Source: Kineococcus sp. SYSU DK003
GTDB taxonomy: Bacteria; Actinomycetota; Actinomycetes; Actinomycetales; Kineococcaceae
Direction of reading: 5' to 3'
Length of the DNA: 24,000 bases
Assembly (NCBI RefSeq): GCF_050871945.1
Contig: NZ_JBJLSI010000012.1
Span: 1 to 24,000 of the forward strand
The position numbers and the translations under genes are program-made. The notes beneath the pieces were generated by a model. It did no database searches, had not been told where the DNA came from, and saw nothing but the letters and a program-made list of their open reading frames with translations. Position 1 is the stretch's first letter. The number at the start of each line of letters is the position of its first letter. Shown here one piece after another: positions 22,731-24,000 of the stretch.

Positions 22731-23375
22731 GTGCCTGACGTGAGGACCGCTCCCGCCCCCGACGGCCGCCGCGCAGCCATCGCCGATGCAGCCATCGAAA
22801 TCATCGCCCGGCAAGGGCTGCGGGCGTTGACCCACCGGGCGGTCGACCGCAAGCTCGGCCTGCCCGACGGCTCGACGTCCTACTACACCCGCACCCGCCG
22901 TGACCTGCTGGATCTCATCGTGCGCCGCCTGGCCGGACGAACCCGTGACGAGCTACCCCCCACCTCCGACCCCATCCCGGCGAACGCCACCACCCTGACG
23001 AACATCACTGCACCGGCGACCGTCACCGCGGAGCAGGCCGTGCAAGCGCTGCTGCAGTTCCTGCAACAACTCAGCCTGCGCCCCGACGACCACCTGGCCC
23101 GCTTCGCCCTGGCCATCGACCTGGTCAACGATCCCGAACTGCACCCGTTGATCACCCACCACTCCCCGGTTCGACAGCAGGCGCTGGCCGCGGCGCGAAG
23201 TCTGCTCACCCAACTCGGCGCACGCGATCCAGCCGGCTGCGCTCCCGCGCTGGTCGCCGTGGTCGACGGCCTGCTGTTCGACCACCTCATCGGCAGTGGG
23301 TCTTCGGACACCGCCTGGCGCACAGCACAGACCACGCTCACCGCCTTTGTCGCCGGACTTTCCCGCATCAACTGA
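22731..23375 (+). CDS. TetR-family transcriptional regulator
   Basis: RRAAIADAAIEIIARQGLRALTHRAVDRKLGLPDGSTSYYTRTRRDLL is a TetR_N HTH. The start is GTG 22731 or GTG 22740. Confidence 0.85.
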   Translation: MPDVRTAPAPDGRRAAIADAAIEIIARQGLRALTHRAVDRKLGLPDGSTSYYTRTRRDLLDLIVRRLAGRTRDELPPTSDPIPANATTLTNITAPATVTAEQAVQALLQFLQQLSLRPDDHLARFALAIDLVNDPELHPLITHHSPVRQQALAAARSLLTQLGARDPAGCAPALVAVVDGLLFDHLIGSGSSDTAWRTAQTTLTAFVAGLSRIN

Positions 23376-23681
23376 GCTCGGCGGCTGCTGCCATCAGGCA
23401 CCAACGATCCCGGCCGTTGCGATCGACGACCCATGCACCGCCGGACCATCGATCGACCCCGGACGCAAGCGACCGTCCCCAGCAGTGTCGCGCGAAACAG
23501 GGTGCGCACTCATCGACCCGACTTCGGCAACTGACCATTCCTAACGGCTGAGGTACTCGCCCACCGTCGCGCCACACCAGGCCACGACTACCCCTTATGC
23601 ACCTGCTGTGGCAGGCTCGAGCGCGAGCGCCGCCATGGCGCCGACCTCGCGCGGACCGATGACGCTCCGCACAGCAGCACG

Positions 23682-23702
23682 CAGCAGCAGCAGCAGCAGC
23701 AG
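23682..23702. repeat. (CAG)7 microsatellite
   Basis: Seven uninterrupted CAG units, preceded by ACAGCAGCACG, about 90 bp upstream of GTG 23790. Confidence 0.9.
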
Positions 23703-23789
23703 TGAGCAGGATCGGTCAGCATCACCAGCCCGCACCGGCCCTCCGCGCCGGCGGGCCCAGCCTCAGCATCCCCGAAGGAGACGGCGACA

Positions 23790-24000
23790 GTGCCCCGCAT
23801 CAATACCCGCCGCGCCCTGACCGTCGGCCTGACCTCCCTGGCCTCCCTCACACTCCTGCCGCTACTGGCCGAGGCGCGCCCTACCGAGCGCACCATCCTG
23901 CTGATCGCCGCGATTCCCGCGGCCACGCTGTTCGGCTACCTCGCCGGCTATGCCGCCGCCCCCACCGGAGGCGACCTGACCGGCCACCAGGCGCCCGCCA
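23790..24000 (+). CDS. Small membrane protein, paralogue of 1742-2122 (3' end outside the window)
   Basis: GTG 23790 with GAAGGAG (23774-23780). VPRINTRRALTVGLTSLASLTLLPLL...LLIAAIPAATLFGYLAGYAAA aligns with the 1742 product apart from a short indel. Confidence 0.55.
   Translation, partial: MPRINTRRALTVGLTSLASLTLLPLLAEARPTERTILLIAAIPAATLFGYLAGYAAAPTGGDLTGHQAPA

Overview
Visibly high-GC, actinobacterial-type DNA (composition not computed). Long Arg/Pro/Gly-rich antisense ORFs are common in the track and were ignored. The window falls into three parts.

(1) 1-9.3 kb looks accessory or mobile:
- a dense cluster of hairpins with GC-TGC-GC tips;
- a frameshifted, internally deleted IS3 transposase remnant;
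- a phased GACGTTGC iteron array in front of a small membrane-protein gene;
- a defence-island-like stretch. A near-consensus AT-rich promoter precedes a tightly coupled pair: a DUF1016/YhcG-type PD-(D/E)XK nuclease and an unrecognised 513-aa protein that ends in its own D...ExK core. These are followed by a perfect 14-bp hairpin, a KTSC-domain gene, an uninterpretable 0.76-kb gap and a KAP-family P-loop NTPase.

(2) 9.9-14 kb holds housekeeping-like genes: HU with a long Thr/Ala/Lys tail, Cys-free L31 type B, a DinB/DUF664 protein, a stand-alone CheB-type methylesterase and a decayed histidine-kinase fragment.

(3) 14-23.4 kb is a regulator-rich tailoring-type cluster: a GT1 glycosyltransferase diverging from a translationally coupled SDR / BBE-like FAD oxidase / FAD monooxygenase operon, plus an AfsR/SARP-type regulator and a TetR. 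A perfect 11-copy 12-bp G5-tract tandem repeat abuts the SDR start codon.

A paralogue of the 1.7-kb membrane-protein gene reappears at 23.8 kb. I saw no tRNA, rRNA or CRISPR. The best candidate for something undescribed is the 2.9-5.9 kb two-nuclease module, possibly acting with the neighbouring KAP NTPase. All functional calls rest on motif recognition by eye, with no database search.
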